Source: a candidate division WOR-3 bacterium (GTDB taxonomy: Bacteria > Hydrothermota > Tepidihabitantia > B3-TA06). From it: a stretch of DNA of 64,000 bases. The notes under the pieces were generated by a model that saw only the letters and a program-made list of their open reading frames with translations, did not search any database and had not been told where the DNA came from. The stretch covers positions 150,738 through 214,737 of the forward strand of contig CBFGKC010000004.1 in NCBI GenBank assembly GCA_965649265.1. The letters run 5' to 3'. Below, one piece after another: positions 19,384 through 27,936 of this stretch (positions within the stretch are counted from its first letter, which is position 1; each line of letters starts with the position of its first letter). A program made the position numbers and the translations under genes.

Positions 19384-20583
19384 ATGAGCGTCCCCGATAA
19401 AGTGCAAAACAAGGGAAAAGGTCTGGGGTTCTTCGAACGCTACCTGACCCTTTGGGTTCTCCTCTGCATCGGCGCCGGGATCGGTCTCGGCAAGCTCGCG
19501 CCGGGCGTCGCTCGCTTCCTCGACGGTCTTTCCATAAACGTCAACGCCGCGCCCGTCATATCTATTCCCATTGCCGTGTGTCTTTTCTTCATGATGTATC
19601 CTATCATGGTCAAGATCGACTTCACCGAGGTCCTCAAGGCTGGCAAAAGCATCAAGCCGGTCACGCTCACGCTCGTTTTGAACTGGGCAATAAAACCCTT
19701 TACGATGTACGCGATTGCCGTGCTCTTTCTCGGCGTCCTCTTTCGCGGACTCATCGGACCTGACGCGCTCGACTACGTCAAGATGCCCCTCGGTCGCGAT
19801 CTGGCGGTCGGTGCGGCATACGGCGCGGGCAAGGTCGTTCTCGTGAACGGGCTCAAGATGCTTGCCGTTCCCCTGTGGCGAAGTTATCTGGCCGGCGCGG
19901 TCCTTCTCGGAATCGCGCCCTGCACGGCGATGGTGCTCGTGTGGGGATACCTTGCGCGCGGCAATGACGGCCACACGCTCGTGATGGTCGCAATCAACTC
20001 GCTATCCATGCTCGTGCTCTACGGCCCTCTCGGCGGGTTCCTTCTGGGCGTCGGACGACTGCCGGTTCCGTGGCAGGCCCTCCTCCTCTCCATAGGCATA
20101 TACGTCGCGCTGCCCCTTGTCGCCGGTTACTTCTCGCGGCGCTGGATAATCAAGGCAAAGGGCATAGATTGGTTCAAGACTCGCTTCCTGCCCCTTCTCA
20201 CGCCCGTAACCATCACCGCCCTGCTTGCAACGCTCGTTCTCCTGTTCAGCTTCAAGGGAGACGTCATCATCTCCAACCCGCTGACTATCCTCTGGATAGC
20301 CATACCCCTCTTCATCCAGACCAACCTCATCTTCTGGCTGGGCTATGCCGGGGCGAAGCTGCTCAAGCTCTCATACGAGGATGCGGCGCCCTCGGCCATG
20401 ATAGGCGCGTCCAACCATTTCGAGGTGGCAATCGCCACCGCGACCATGCTCTTCGGGCTCTCATCCGGGGCGGCACTTGCCACGGTCGTGGGTGTCCTCA
20501 TCGAGGTTCCTGTCATGCTCATGCTCGTGAAGATATGCCTTGCGACCAGGCACTGGTTCGCGAAGAAAACCTCACCTCGTTAG
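19384..20583 (+). CDS. acr3: Acr3 family arsenite efflux transporter
   Basis: [40 protein letters not shown]. Confidence 0.95.
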   Translation: MSVPDKVQNKGKGLGFFERYLTLWVLLCIGAGIGLGKLAPGVARFLDGLSINVNAAPVISIPIAVCLFFMMYPIMVKIDFTEVLKAGKSIKPVTLTLVLNWAIKPFTMYAIAVLFLGVLFRGLIGPDALDYVKMPLGRDLAVGAAYGAGKVVLVNGLKMLAVPLWRSYLAGAVLLGIAPCTAMVLVWGYLARGNDGHTLVMVAINSLSMLVLYGPLGGFLLGVGRLPVPWQALLLSIGIYVALPLVAGYFSRRWIIKAKGIDWFKTRFLPLLTPVTITALLATLVLLFSFKGDVIISNPLTILWIAIPLFIQTNLIFWLGYAGAKLLKLSYEDAAPSAMIGASNHFEVAIATATMLFGLSSGAALATVVGVLIEVPVMLMLVKICLATRHWFAKKTSPR

Positions 20584-20606
20584 ATCAGGAAAAAGTTGAG
20601 GAGGGT

Positions 20607-20773
20607 GAGCGCCGGGGGCGCTGGGCGCAAGCTGGGCTTCCGCCATTTCATTTCCACCAAGTCTAAGGTGGAGCGCCGGAGGCGCATTGGCAGAAACCTC
20701 CGGCTTCTGCTGTATCACTATTACCAATTTAATGATAGCGCCGGAGGCGCATTGGCAGAATGGAATTCTGCTG
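20607..20773 (+). repeat. Three tandem structured repeat units (period 64-65 bp)
   Basis: AGCGCCGGAGGCGCATTGGCAGAA exact at 20672 and 20737, degenerate at 20608. Confidence 0.8.
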
Positions 20774-20822
20774 AGGGGGGCGAGGAGGGGGAGGAGGGCG
20801 TCGCGGAGGGCTTATTTCCAAA

Positions 20823-21443
20823 TTAACGGTTCAAGCTAATCTTTCTCAGATAATCCGCCAGCTTCGCTATCGCCTTCGCGCGGTGGCTGATGCGGTTCTT
20901 GACAAGCATCCCGAGTTCGGCATTTGTCAGCGAAAATCCCTGCGGGATGAAGATTGGGTCGTAACCGAATCCCTCCTGGCCCCTGTACTCGAATCCTATC
21001 CATCCCTCGAGAACACCCTCAAAAGAACTTTCCTCGCCGCCCTCCTCCCCCTCCTCGCAGCCCTTCAGGAGAACGAGCGTTGCCCTGAAGCGTGCGGTTC
21101 TCGAATACATGGGTACGTCCTTAAGCTCGGCAAGAATCAGCCTGCACTTTTCGGGATGAGGAAGCTCTTCGCCTCCGTATCTGGCAGATAGAGCCCCCGG
21201 CCTTCCACCCAGCGCATCTATCTCGAGCCCGGAATCCTCTCCGCATATCATGCCGTCGAAAACATTTCTGTAAGCCGCGGCCTTCATGCGGGCGTTGTCC
21301 GCGTAGTTCTCGCCTTCCACAACGTCTTTTCCCCGTAAAGAAAGCTCGGCGGGCGTCATCACATCGACAATCCCGCCGAGTAGTTTCTTAAATTCTTTTA
21401 TTTTGCCCTGGTTAGATGATGCAACCAGAAGTCTATTGTGCAT
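20823..21443 (-). CDS. rdgB: dITP/XTP pyrophosphatase (Ham1 family)
   Basis: ASSNQGK, EDSGL, GFGYDPIF, KNRISHR. Confidence 0.93.
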   Translation of the reverse strand: MHNRLLVASSNQGKIKEFKKLLGGIVDVMTPAELSLRGKDVVEGENYADNARMKAAAYRNVFDGMICGEDSGLEIDALGGRPGALSARYGGEELPHPEKCRLILAELKDVPMYSRTARFRATLVLLKGCEEGEEGGEESSFEGVLEGWIGFEYRGQEGFGYDPIFIPQGFSLTNAELGMLVKNRISHRAKAIAKLADYLRKISLNR

Positions 21444-21834
21444 TTACCTCCGTTTGAACTATCCAGGCGTCCAAGTACCCGAGGTTTTTGGCCTTCTCGC
21501 GGAGTATCTCTGCATCGGAGCGGTTCTTGTAGTCGCCTACGCGAACCTTGTAGTAATTGTTGTCGAACTCGACATATATCTGCTCGGTGAACTTGAAACG
21601 CGCTTCACTGGCTATCTTTTCAGCGCCTTCGTTGGTGCTGGACGCGAAGATCTGTACCCTGTAACCGGGTACCTTGTTCCCGCTCAGGTTCGTCGTGGTC
21701 GTAGTCGTTGTGGTCTGCTTCTCCATGTCGTACAGGGAATAATCCTGACCGGGTGAAACCACCTTGGTGGTTTTTCTGGGTGTGCAGGCTATGGCCGCCA
21801 CCAGGATAAGCGCCAGTGCAATCAAACGTTTCAT
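21433..21834 (-). CDS. SPOR-domain lipoprotein
   Basis: Lipobox AIAC, GYRVQIFA, YKVRVGDY, GYLDAWIV. Confidence 0.88.
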   Translation of the reverse strand: MKRLIALALILVAAIACTPRKTTKVVSPGQDYSLYDMEKQTTTTTTTTNLSGNKVPGYRVQIFASSTNEGAEKIASEARFKFTEQIYVEFDNNYYKVRVGDYKNRSDAEILREKAKNLGYLDAWIVQTEVNAQ

Positions 21835-21845
21835 TTATGCACCTC

Positions 21846-22892
21846 CTAGGGTGTTCGAGACGCACGCCGGACAAGAAGCTTCTTGATATCGGCCGCTCTC
21901 TCTTTTGCGCATACGAGCACTGTATCTTGCGTTTTTACAATAACTAAATTGCGCACTCCCAACAGGGCAACCTCGCCCTCGGGCGCGACAACTATACATT
22001 CTTCACTATCCAATGATATAAGTTTACCGACACTTACGCTTTTGTCAACCCCTTTTTTCAGGTGACGTTCAATAGCCGTCCACGAACCGACGTCGTCCCA
22101 GAGAAATCGTGCCCGAAGAACGGCAACATTTGGAGACTTCTCCATGACGGCGTAGTCGATAGATGTCGCTTCGAGTTTCGAGTAAGATGCCCTGGTCACG
22201 CGATTTGAACCCCCGGCCAGGAGACCTTTGTAAGTCCCAGGAGCATGGACCTTGAACGCTTCTATTATCGAACCTGCCCTCCACACGAACATCCCTGAGT
22301 TCCACAGGTGTTTCCCCGATTTAAGGTAGCTTTTTGCCGTCGCCTCGCTCGGCTTCTCGTGGAACTTCTTGACTTTGAAACCGTCCCTGCAAAGCGGTTT
22401 TTTCTCCTCAATCTCAATGTAACCGTAGCCGGTTTCGGGTCTTTCAGGCTTTATGCCGAAGGTCACGAGATAGCCCTTGCGGGCAAGCTCGGCCGCTTTT
22501 CCCAAGTCGTTAAGAAAGGCCTTCTTAGGCGAGATCAGGTGGTCGGCGGGCAGCACGGCCATGACTGAGTCGGGTTTGTTCCTCAAGCTCCTTGCGGCAA
22601 GCGCTATGGCGGGTGCGGTGTTGCGGCCTTCGGGTTCCACAATCAGATTTTCCTTTTTTACCCACCGGAGCTCCTCCTTCAGGGGCCTCACGAGATGGGG
22701 CGGCAGCACGAAGAGAATCCTCTTGCGGGGCACAAGCGGCAGAATCCTTTCCACCGTCTCCTCGATCATCGATTTCTGAGAAAAAATCCTCAAAAACTGC
22801 TTCGGACGCTCGGGGGTGCTTAAGGGCCAGAAGCGCTCGCCCCTGCCGCCCACGAGGAACACGGCGTAAATCTCAGTACCTTTTTTTGTCAT
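21846..22892 (-). CDS. manC: Mannose-1-phosphate guanylyltransferase
   Basis: GGRGERFWPLS..PKQF, EPEGRNTAPA, PETGYGYI, WNSGMF, SIDYAVME, WDDVGSW. Confidence 0.92.
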   Translation of the reverse strand: MTKKGTEIYAVFLVGGRGERFWPLSTPERPKQFLRIFSQKSMIEETVERILPLVPRKRILFVLPPHLVRPLKEELRWVKKENLIVEPEGRNTAPAIALAARSLRNKPDSVMAVLPADHLISPKKAFLNDLGKAAELARKGYLVTFGIKPERPETGYGYIEIEEKKPLCRDGFKVKKFHEKPSEATAKSYLKSGKHLWNSGMFVWRAGSIIEAFKVHAPGTYKGLLAGGSNRVTRASYSKLEATSIDYAVMEKSPNVAVLRARFLWDDVGSWTAIERHLKKGVDKSVSVGKLISLDSEECIVVAPEGEVALLGVRNLVIVKTQDTVLVCAKERAADIKKLLVRRASRTP

Positions 22893-22954
22893 AGGTGTAA
22901 CTCCATATTAAAGTTAGACGTACTCCTTTGTCGTAAAGGTTCCGTGGGGTGATT

Positions 22955-23644
22955 TTATTCCTTCCATACCCACTTAAGACGCGCAGTGATGGAGCCGATG
23001 GTCATGACCGTCTTGATCAATGCCGGCGAGAGGTCGCCATCCTTTGTGAGATAGAAAATCAATGTCCCGCCCGGACCGAACCCCGATTTTCCCGAGACCT
23101 CGGGTACGAGTTTTGTACACAAAAAGCTACCTTCTTTGGAAGCGCTAGAGCGTACTTGTGTTTCGCTCACCGCTTTTACTATGGCTTTGTCCGTCTTTCT
23201 GTCCGCGTGAAGTATAACCGTTCTTTGTTCTCCAAGCTTCAAGGGATTGATCCTGAAATAATAATAAATCGATACAATATCCAGCGTTCCGGGGTCCAGG
23301 GGATATGTAGCACCGTCCTCGTACTTTATGACCCCCTCCCCCCAGTCGTAGCGAACCCGGATCAGCGTGTCGTAGTTTTTCTCGTGCATGCGCTTCTCGA
23401 AGTAAAGGGTCTTGAACGAGTCCTTCGTTACATAAGAATACAACGTGTCATTTATGGTCACGAGCCAGTCCAGATCCGGAAGCGAATTCAAAACCGACCG
23501 AAATCGGTAGCAGGCTTTGCCCTCAAACTCCGTTTCTATGACCGATAGGCGCATCTCGCCCGCGTAAACGGGTCCGAGGTTGACGTCGTAGGTCAGAACC
23601 TCTTTCTGTGGCAGCGCTGACAGAACCAGTAAAATCAAACTCAT
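22955..23644 (-). CDS. DUF3108 family secreted protein
   Basis: Short signal, E.LTY.V, GSITARL end; beta-rich pattern typical of DUF3108. Confidence 0.7.
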   Translation of the reverse strand: MSLILLVLSALPQKEVLTYDVNLGPVYAGEMRLSVIETEFEGKACYRFRSVLNSLPDLDWLVTINDTLYSYVTKDSFKTLYFEKRMHEKNYDTLIRVRYDWGEGVIKYEDGATYPLDPGTLDIVSIYYYFRINPLKLGEQRTVILHADRKTDKAIVKAVSETQVRSSASKEGSFLCTKLVPEVSGKSGFGPGGTLIFYLTKDGDLSPALIKTVMTIGSITARLKWVWKE

Positions 23645-23752
23645 ATGCTTCTCCTAAGTCTAAATGGAAATACAGTAATGTCAACGAATTATTTCATCAG
23701 GGATTAGTACGAATCACTAACGCTTCCGTACTCTCTTGTCCTAGTATACTCC

Positions 23753-24361
23753 TCACTGAGCCTTGTAGACCGTGTCCTTGCCGTTGTAGAACCAGAGGAG
23801 GCGGTCGATTGAGCCAGAACTACCTCCATTACCTTCATTTGTGCTAAAGTTATACCCTTGCAGAATTACTCCGATCCCTTTCAGGCGTCTTACTCCGTTC
23901 CATCCCTCATCTTCAGGGCATTCTCCATAATAATGATCTAATGAAAGTTTATCTTCAAAGTAGCTTATTTGAAGGCCGTATTGGTTTTGCCAAGTCATAT
24001 TCTGGGCAACGGTAATAGGGATTGTGTCGTAGTGAAAATCAGGATTTCCTAAAGGTACTTTAAGTTCCCAGATTTTTATTGGATTATCCAATTCTAGCGT
24101 TGCACCTCCCGTGAAAAATAAAGTGTCTGCTATCTGAGAGGAGTCGGTTACTTCAATCTTGAAGGTGTCATATTTGTTCCAATTGTTTTCATCGTCCGGA
24201 AAAGAATGCCAGTTATGGTTCTCATAGCACCACTCATACCCCAGCCCGAACGGGAAGTAAGTGGTGTCTAGGTCGATGTCGTCGTGGGCGATATTATGCT
24301 GGCAGCCGGTAATAATCACCACTATCCCAAAACACAAAACGGCGAGTCTAATCGTTTTCAT
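23753..24361 (-). CDS. Paralogous lipoprotein 3 (core domain only)
   Basis: Lipobox ITGC; DLDTTYFPFGLGYEWCYE ... LLWFYNGKDTVYKA. Confidence 0.85.
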   Translation of the reverse strand: MKTIRLAVLCFGIVVIITGCQHNIAHDDIDLDTTYFPFGLGYEWCYENHNWHSFPDDENNWNKYDTFKIEVTDSSQIADTLFFTGGATLELDNPIKIWELKVPLGNPDFHYDTIPITVAQNMTWQNQYGLQISYFEDKLSLDHYYGECPEDEGWNGVRRLKGIGVILQGYNFSTNEGNGGSSGSIDRLLWFYNGKDTVYKAQ

Positions 24362-24372
24362 CCATCACCTCC

Positions 24373-25278
24373 TTAAGGTGCCTTATACACAGTATCTTTG
24401 CCGTTATAGATCCAGAGAAGGGTGTAACTCATATCTTCCCAATCATCGCCATATATATATAGGTCTCCTTCTTGATACACTGCTCCTATTCCTCTCATAA
24501 AAATCGAGGTGGTGTCTCTTGTACCTTGCAACCCTTGAGTCCAGCCAAAGTATTTACGGAAGTAAGAGTGTACCTCGAGGCTGTCATCCACATAACTTAT
24601 CTTTCGACCATAAGAAATTAGTGTATCCCCCTGGTTATAAGATTTCTCAGTTGAATCTTCGCGAGGGATGACAGGGACTGGTCCCCAGTCTATAAGTTCT
24701 ACTCGATTCCTGCGAATCTTGGCGGTTTCGCCTAAAAAGAAAAGGCTTCCTTCGAGTTTGAAAAGAAGCGTATCGGAATCCCAAAAGGAATCGATTACTT
24801 TCACGAAAGTTGTATCGTAAAGGCTGTTAATCCAATCATGTGTCTCGTAGCACCATTCATATCCCATGCCGAAGGGGAAATAGGTAGTGTCGAGATCGAG
24901 AGGGAATACGAATTCTCTGATATGGAACTTGCGAGGGGATGGGTATATCAATGTGTCCGTAAGTGAATCCATGACGCCCACGGTCCATTCGTAGACGCCG
25001 ATGTCTGCAGAAAGAAAGTCATCCATTGAAAGGGAATAGCTCGTATCCGTTACACAGTTTGAAACGAGCGCATGTGAACTCCACAAAGAATCCTTTAATA
25101 TCATCAGATAGTATTCTTGACCGCTTTGTCCGGACCACACGAAGGTGGGGGGGAGGGAGTCGAAAACGGCACCATCCTCAGGCTCTATCAACACCGGAGC
25201 CTCGGGTTCAGGCTGCTGGCAGCCGGCGACAATCGCCGTAATCACAAAACACAAAACAAAAAATCTAATCGCTTTCAT
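24373..25278 (-). CDS. Paralogous lipoprotein 2 (one Ig/FN3-like domain + core)
   Basis: Lipobox VAGC; PVLIEPEDGAVFD domain; same core motifs. Confidence 0.85.
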   Translation of the reverse strand: MKAIRFFVLCFVITAIVAGCQQPEPEAPVLIEPEDGAVFDSLPPTFVWSGQSGQEYYLMILKDSLWSSHALVSNCVTDTSYSLSMDDFLSADIGVYEWTVGVMDSLTDTLIYPSPRKFHIREFVFPLDLDTTYFPFGMGYEWCYETHDWINSLYDTTFVKVIDSFWDSDTLLFKLEGSLFFLGETAKIRRNRVELIDWGPVPVIPREDSTEKSYNQGDTLISYGRKISYVDDSLEVHSYFRKYFGWTQGLQGTRDTTSIFMRGIGAVYQEGDLYIYGDDWEDMSYTLLWIYNGKDTVYKAP

Positions 25279-25289
25279 TTATGTCCTCC

Positions 25290-26507
25290 TTAAGGTGCCT
25301 TATACACCGTATCCTTGCCGTTGTAGAAGTAAAGGAGACGGAAGTTTTCGTCTTCTATTGTAGAACACATGTTTGATTGATCGCTATAATTTCTTTGTGT
25401 TAGAGATCCAATACCTTTAACGCGAGTTATAACCTGTTCGTAATGTCCATATTCAACACCGTAACTCCAATCATATGAGATATCAAGAATTTTCAAGGAG
25501 TCGCTTCTATAGGAGATGTAAAAATCACGGGAAGAGGCACATCCGCAACATTCTTCATAAGTGTGCTTGTGATCGGGTTCGGGAACGATATTTACCCAGT
25601 ACCCCATAAGGCGTATTTGATTTTTTTTGATTTTTACAGGATTTGACAAATCGAAGAAAGTTCTACCCCCAAGCTTAACAAGAAGCATGCTTTCGTCCCA
25701 AAACGAATCTGTAACAGTAATTTTGACGGTATCAATGAGATCGGTATACTCTTCGCATCCATAGTTATTGTATATATAGTGCCTCTCGTAGCACCACTCG
25801 TACCCGAGCCCGAATGGGAAGTAGGTGGTGTCTAGATCAAGAGGAGGGAGGGGGAGTTCCTCAACTTTGAATGTTTTGGGGAAGGAGTACATTACTTCGC
25901 CGGTTGCCTTATCCACGACCCCTACCGTCCATTCGTATGTGCCGCTATCGGATGACTTAAAATCGTTCAAAGGCATGGTAAAGGACGTATCCTGAATATT
26001 GACCCAAATCAGGTAGTTATCGTTCCAGAGAGAGTCTTTGAATACTCTTAGGTAATATTCACTTACATCCTCCTTAGACCATACGAAGGTGGGAGGGATG
26101 GAGTCGAACACGGCGCCGTCAGCAGGGGAGATGAGTGCTGGTACGTTCTCTCTTGTATCTATATAAAAAGTCCTGATTTCGCTCCAGAGATAGCCCGTAT
26201 CAGCCTCGACTGCAACGCGCCATTTTATTGTGGCACATTCAGTTACTTCTATTGATAATGTGCGGGTTGTATCACTTTGTTCAATTAAGTCTGATGTGTC
26301 TGAGTGGGTTCCAACAGTAACGATCAAAACTACAAGATATCTTCCTTCAGGATTGCTTGCGTTCCAGATAAGGATAGGCTTAGTGGTATCGAACACCGCC
26401 CCATCTTCTGGTGCAATCAGCACCGGCACTTGGGGTTCAGGCCGCTGGCAGCCGGCGAAAATCGCAAGGATCGATATCGATAAAAGGGTAAACCAGAAAT
26501 ACCTCAC
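25290..26507 (-). CDS. Paralogous lipoprotein 1 (two Ig/FN3-like domains + core)
   Basis: Lipobox FAGC; two P.LI.P.DGAVFD domains; same core motifs. Confidence 0.85.
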   Translation of the reverse strand: MRYFWFTLLSISILAIFAGCQRPEPQVPVLIAPEDGAVFDTTKPILIWNASNPEGRYLVVLIVTVGTHSDTSDLIEQSDTTRTLSIEVTECATIKWRVAVEADTGYLWSEIRTFYIDTRENVPALISPADGAVFDSIPPTFVWSKEDVSEYYLRVFKDSLWNDNYLIWVNIQDTSFTMPLNDFKSSDSGTYEWTVGVVDKATGEVMYSFPKTFKVEELPLPPLDLDTTYFPFGLGYEWCYERHYIYNNYGCEEYTDLIDTVKITVTDSFWDESMLLVKLGGRTFFDLSNPVKIKKNQIRLMGYWVNIVPEPDHKHTYEECCGCASSRDFYISYRSDSLKILDISYDWSYGVEYGHYEQVITRVKGIGSLTQRNYSDQSNMCSTIEDENFRLLYFYNGKDTVYKAP

Positions 26508-26601
26508 GTTTTACCTCCGTTTCCGTTTACTTGTACGATTTTAAGCAGGCTTCGCTGCTTGTCAAGCGGTCAAAGTTGCCTGAATCATAAGCTTATTCCG
26601 G

Positions 26602-26629
26602 TTGACAACATGGCTTGCCAGACTATAAT
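26602..26629 (+). promoter_or_regulatory. Consensus promoter TTGACA-N16-TATAAT for the hdr operon
   Basis: Direct motif reading; a divergent TTGACA-N16-TAAAAT on the minus strand at ~26538-26565 serves the lipoproteins. Confidence 0.75.
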
Positions 26630-26638
26630 CCCCTCTAA

Positions 26639-27046
26639 ATGATTGAACTTGGAAAGAAGTCCAAATCCACAAACGACGTACTCGAAAAGGTCGCGCGTGT
26701 TTCAGAAGTTGACGTTTTCGCGTGCTATCAGTGTGGTCGCTGCTCGGGCGACTGCCCTTCCATCAATTCCATGGACATCCTTCCCAACCAGGCCATACGC
26801 CTCACCCAACTCGGTGAGATAGATCGTCTTCTCGCGTCAAAGACCATATGGGTCTGCGCATCGTGTTTTACGTGCACGTCGCGTTGTCCGAAAGGCATCG
26901 ATATCGCGCGTGTCCTGGAGGTTCTCAGACAGGTGTGTTTAAGAAAGAATATTGATTCGCTCGACCTCAATCAGATTTCCGAAGAAGAACGCACAAAGTA
27001 TCCGGCTATCGCATGGGTTTCGGCGTTAAGGAAGCTTTCGGCCTGA
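26639..27046 (+). CDS. hdrC: Heterodisulfide reductase subunit C-like
   Basis: CYQCGRCSGDCP and IWVCASCFTCTSRCP. Confidence 0.9.
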   Translation: MIELGKKSKSTNDVLEKVARVSEVDVFACYQCGRCSGDCPSINSMDILPNQAIRLTQLGEIDRLLASKTIWVCASCFTCTSRCPKGIDIARVLEVLRQVCLRKNIDSLDLNQISEEERTKYPAIAWVSALRKLSA

Positions 27047-27936
27047 TGGCACAGATGCCCGCTCGCAGTTTCGCCTACTATCCCGGCTGCACGATGAAGA
27101 CCACAGGAAAGGTTTTTGAAGAGTCAACGTTTGCGGTCACGAACGCGCTCGGCATCGAGCTCAAGGAACTGGACCGCTGGAACTGCTGCGGAACCGTTTT
27201 TTCACTCGCGAAGGATGATACCATGCACCAGATGGCGACCATCCGCAACATGATGCGGGTGGAAGCGATGGGCATGCGTGAGGTGGTCACGCTTTGTTCC
27301 ATGTGCTACAACACACTCAAGCGCGCCAACGAATACATATCATCCGATCCCGTCAAACTTGCAGAACTCAACGACTTCATGTACGAGGAACCTGTAAAGT
27401 ACTCGGGTAACATAAAGGTTCGCCACTTCCTCGAAATCCTTCGAGATGATGTAGGCTGGAAAGGCTTATCCGAAAAGATCGCGAAACCCTTGACCGGACT
27501 CAAGGTTGCGTCATATTACGGCTGTGCGCTAGTTAGGCCTTCAGGCGCGGGTGTCGACAATCTCGAAAACCCCGCCGTCCTGGAGGACCTTGTTCGTGCG
27601 CTTGGCGCGGAGCATGTAAGCTGGGCGTCGAGACTCGAGTGCTGCGGTTCCTACCACACCATACCTCGCAAGGAGCTGGTCTTCGAGCGCGCGGAGCGAA
27701 TAGTGGGCGAGGCGCGCAAGGCCGGAGCAGACCTCATCATACTTTCCTGCCCCTTATGCGAGTTCAACCTTGGCGCGCGCCAGCCCGAGGTCAAAGAAGC
27801 AAGGTACGGATTCAAGGGACTGCCTGTGCTTTACTTCACCCAACTCATGGGTCTGGCGCTCGGCATTAATCCCGGCGAACTCGGCATTACCGATGATTCC
27901 ATCCTGAAAATCGTAAGCCAGAGGGGTGCGGCATGA
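27046..27936 (+). CDS. hdrB: Heterodisulfide reductase subunit B-like
   Basis: Two CCG domains (YYPGC..NCCG..CSMC; YYGC..ECCG..CPLC); start at the TGATG overlap. Confidence 0.9.
   Translation: MAQMPARSFAYYPGCTMKTTGKVFEESTFAVTNALGIELKELDRWNCCGTVFSLAKDDTMHQMATIRNMMRVEAMGMREVVTLCSMCYNTLKRANEYISSDPVKLAELNDFMYEEPVKYSGNIKVRHFLEILRDDVGWKGLSEKIAKPLTGLKVASYYGCALVRPSGAGVDNLENPAVLEDLVRALGAEHVSWASRLECCGSYHTIPRKELVFERAERIVGEARKAGADLIILSCPLCEFNLGARQPEVKEARYGFKGLPVLYFTQLMGLALGINPGELGITDDSILKIVSQRGAA

Noticed and set aside
19069-19974. 301-aa antisense ORF and similar long shadow ORFs (43629-44450, 48046-48675, 2705-3313)
   Set aside because: They lie opposite well-supported genes with GC-rich third positions and have no recognisable motifs
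20607-20773. Mini CRISPR array (24-bp repeat, 41-bp spacer)
   Set aside because: Only two identical repeats, the spacers are self-complementary hairpins, there are no cas genes or leader, and the core recurs as dispersed elements
23753-26507. Diversity-generating retroelement targets
   Set aside because: No reverse transcriptase or near-identical TR/VR pair seen; differences are not adenine-specific
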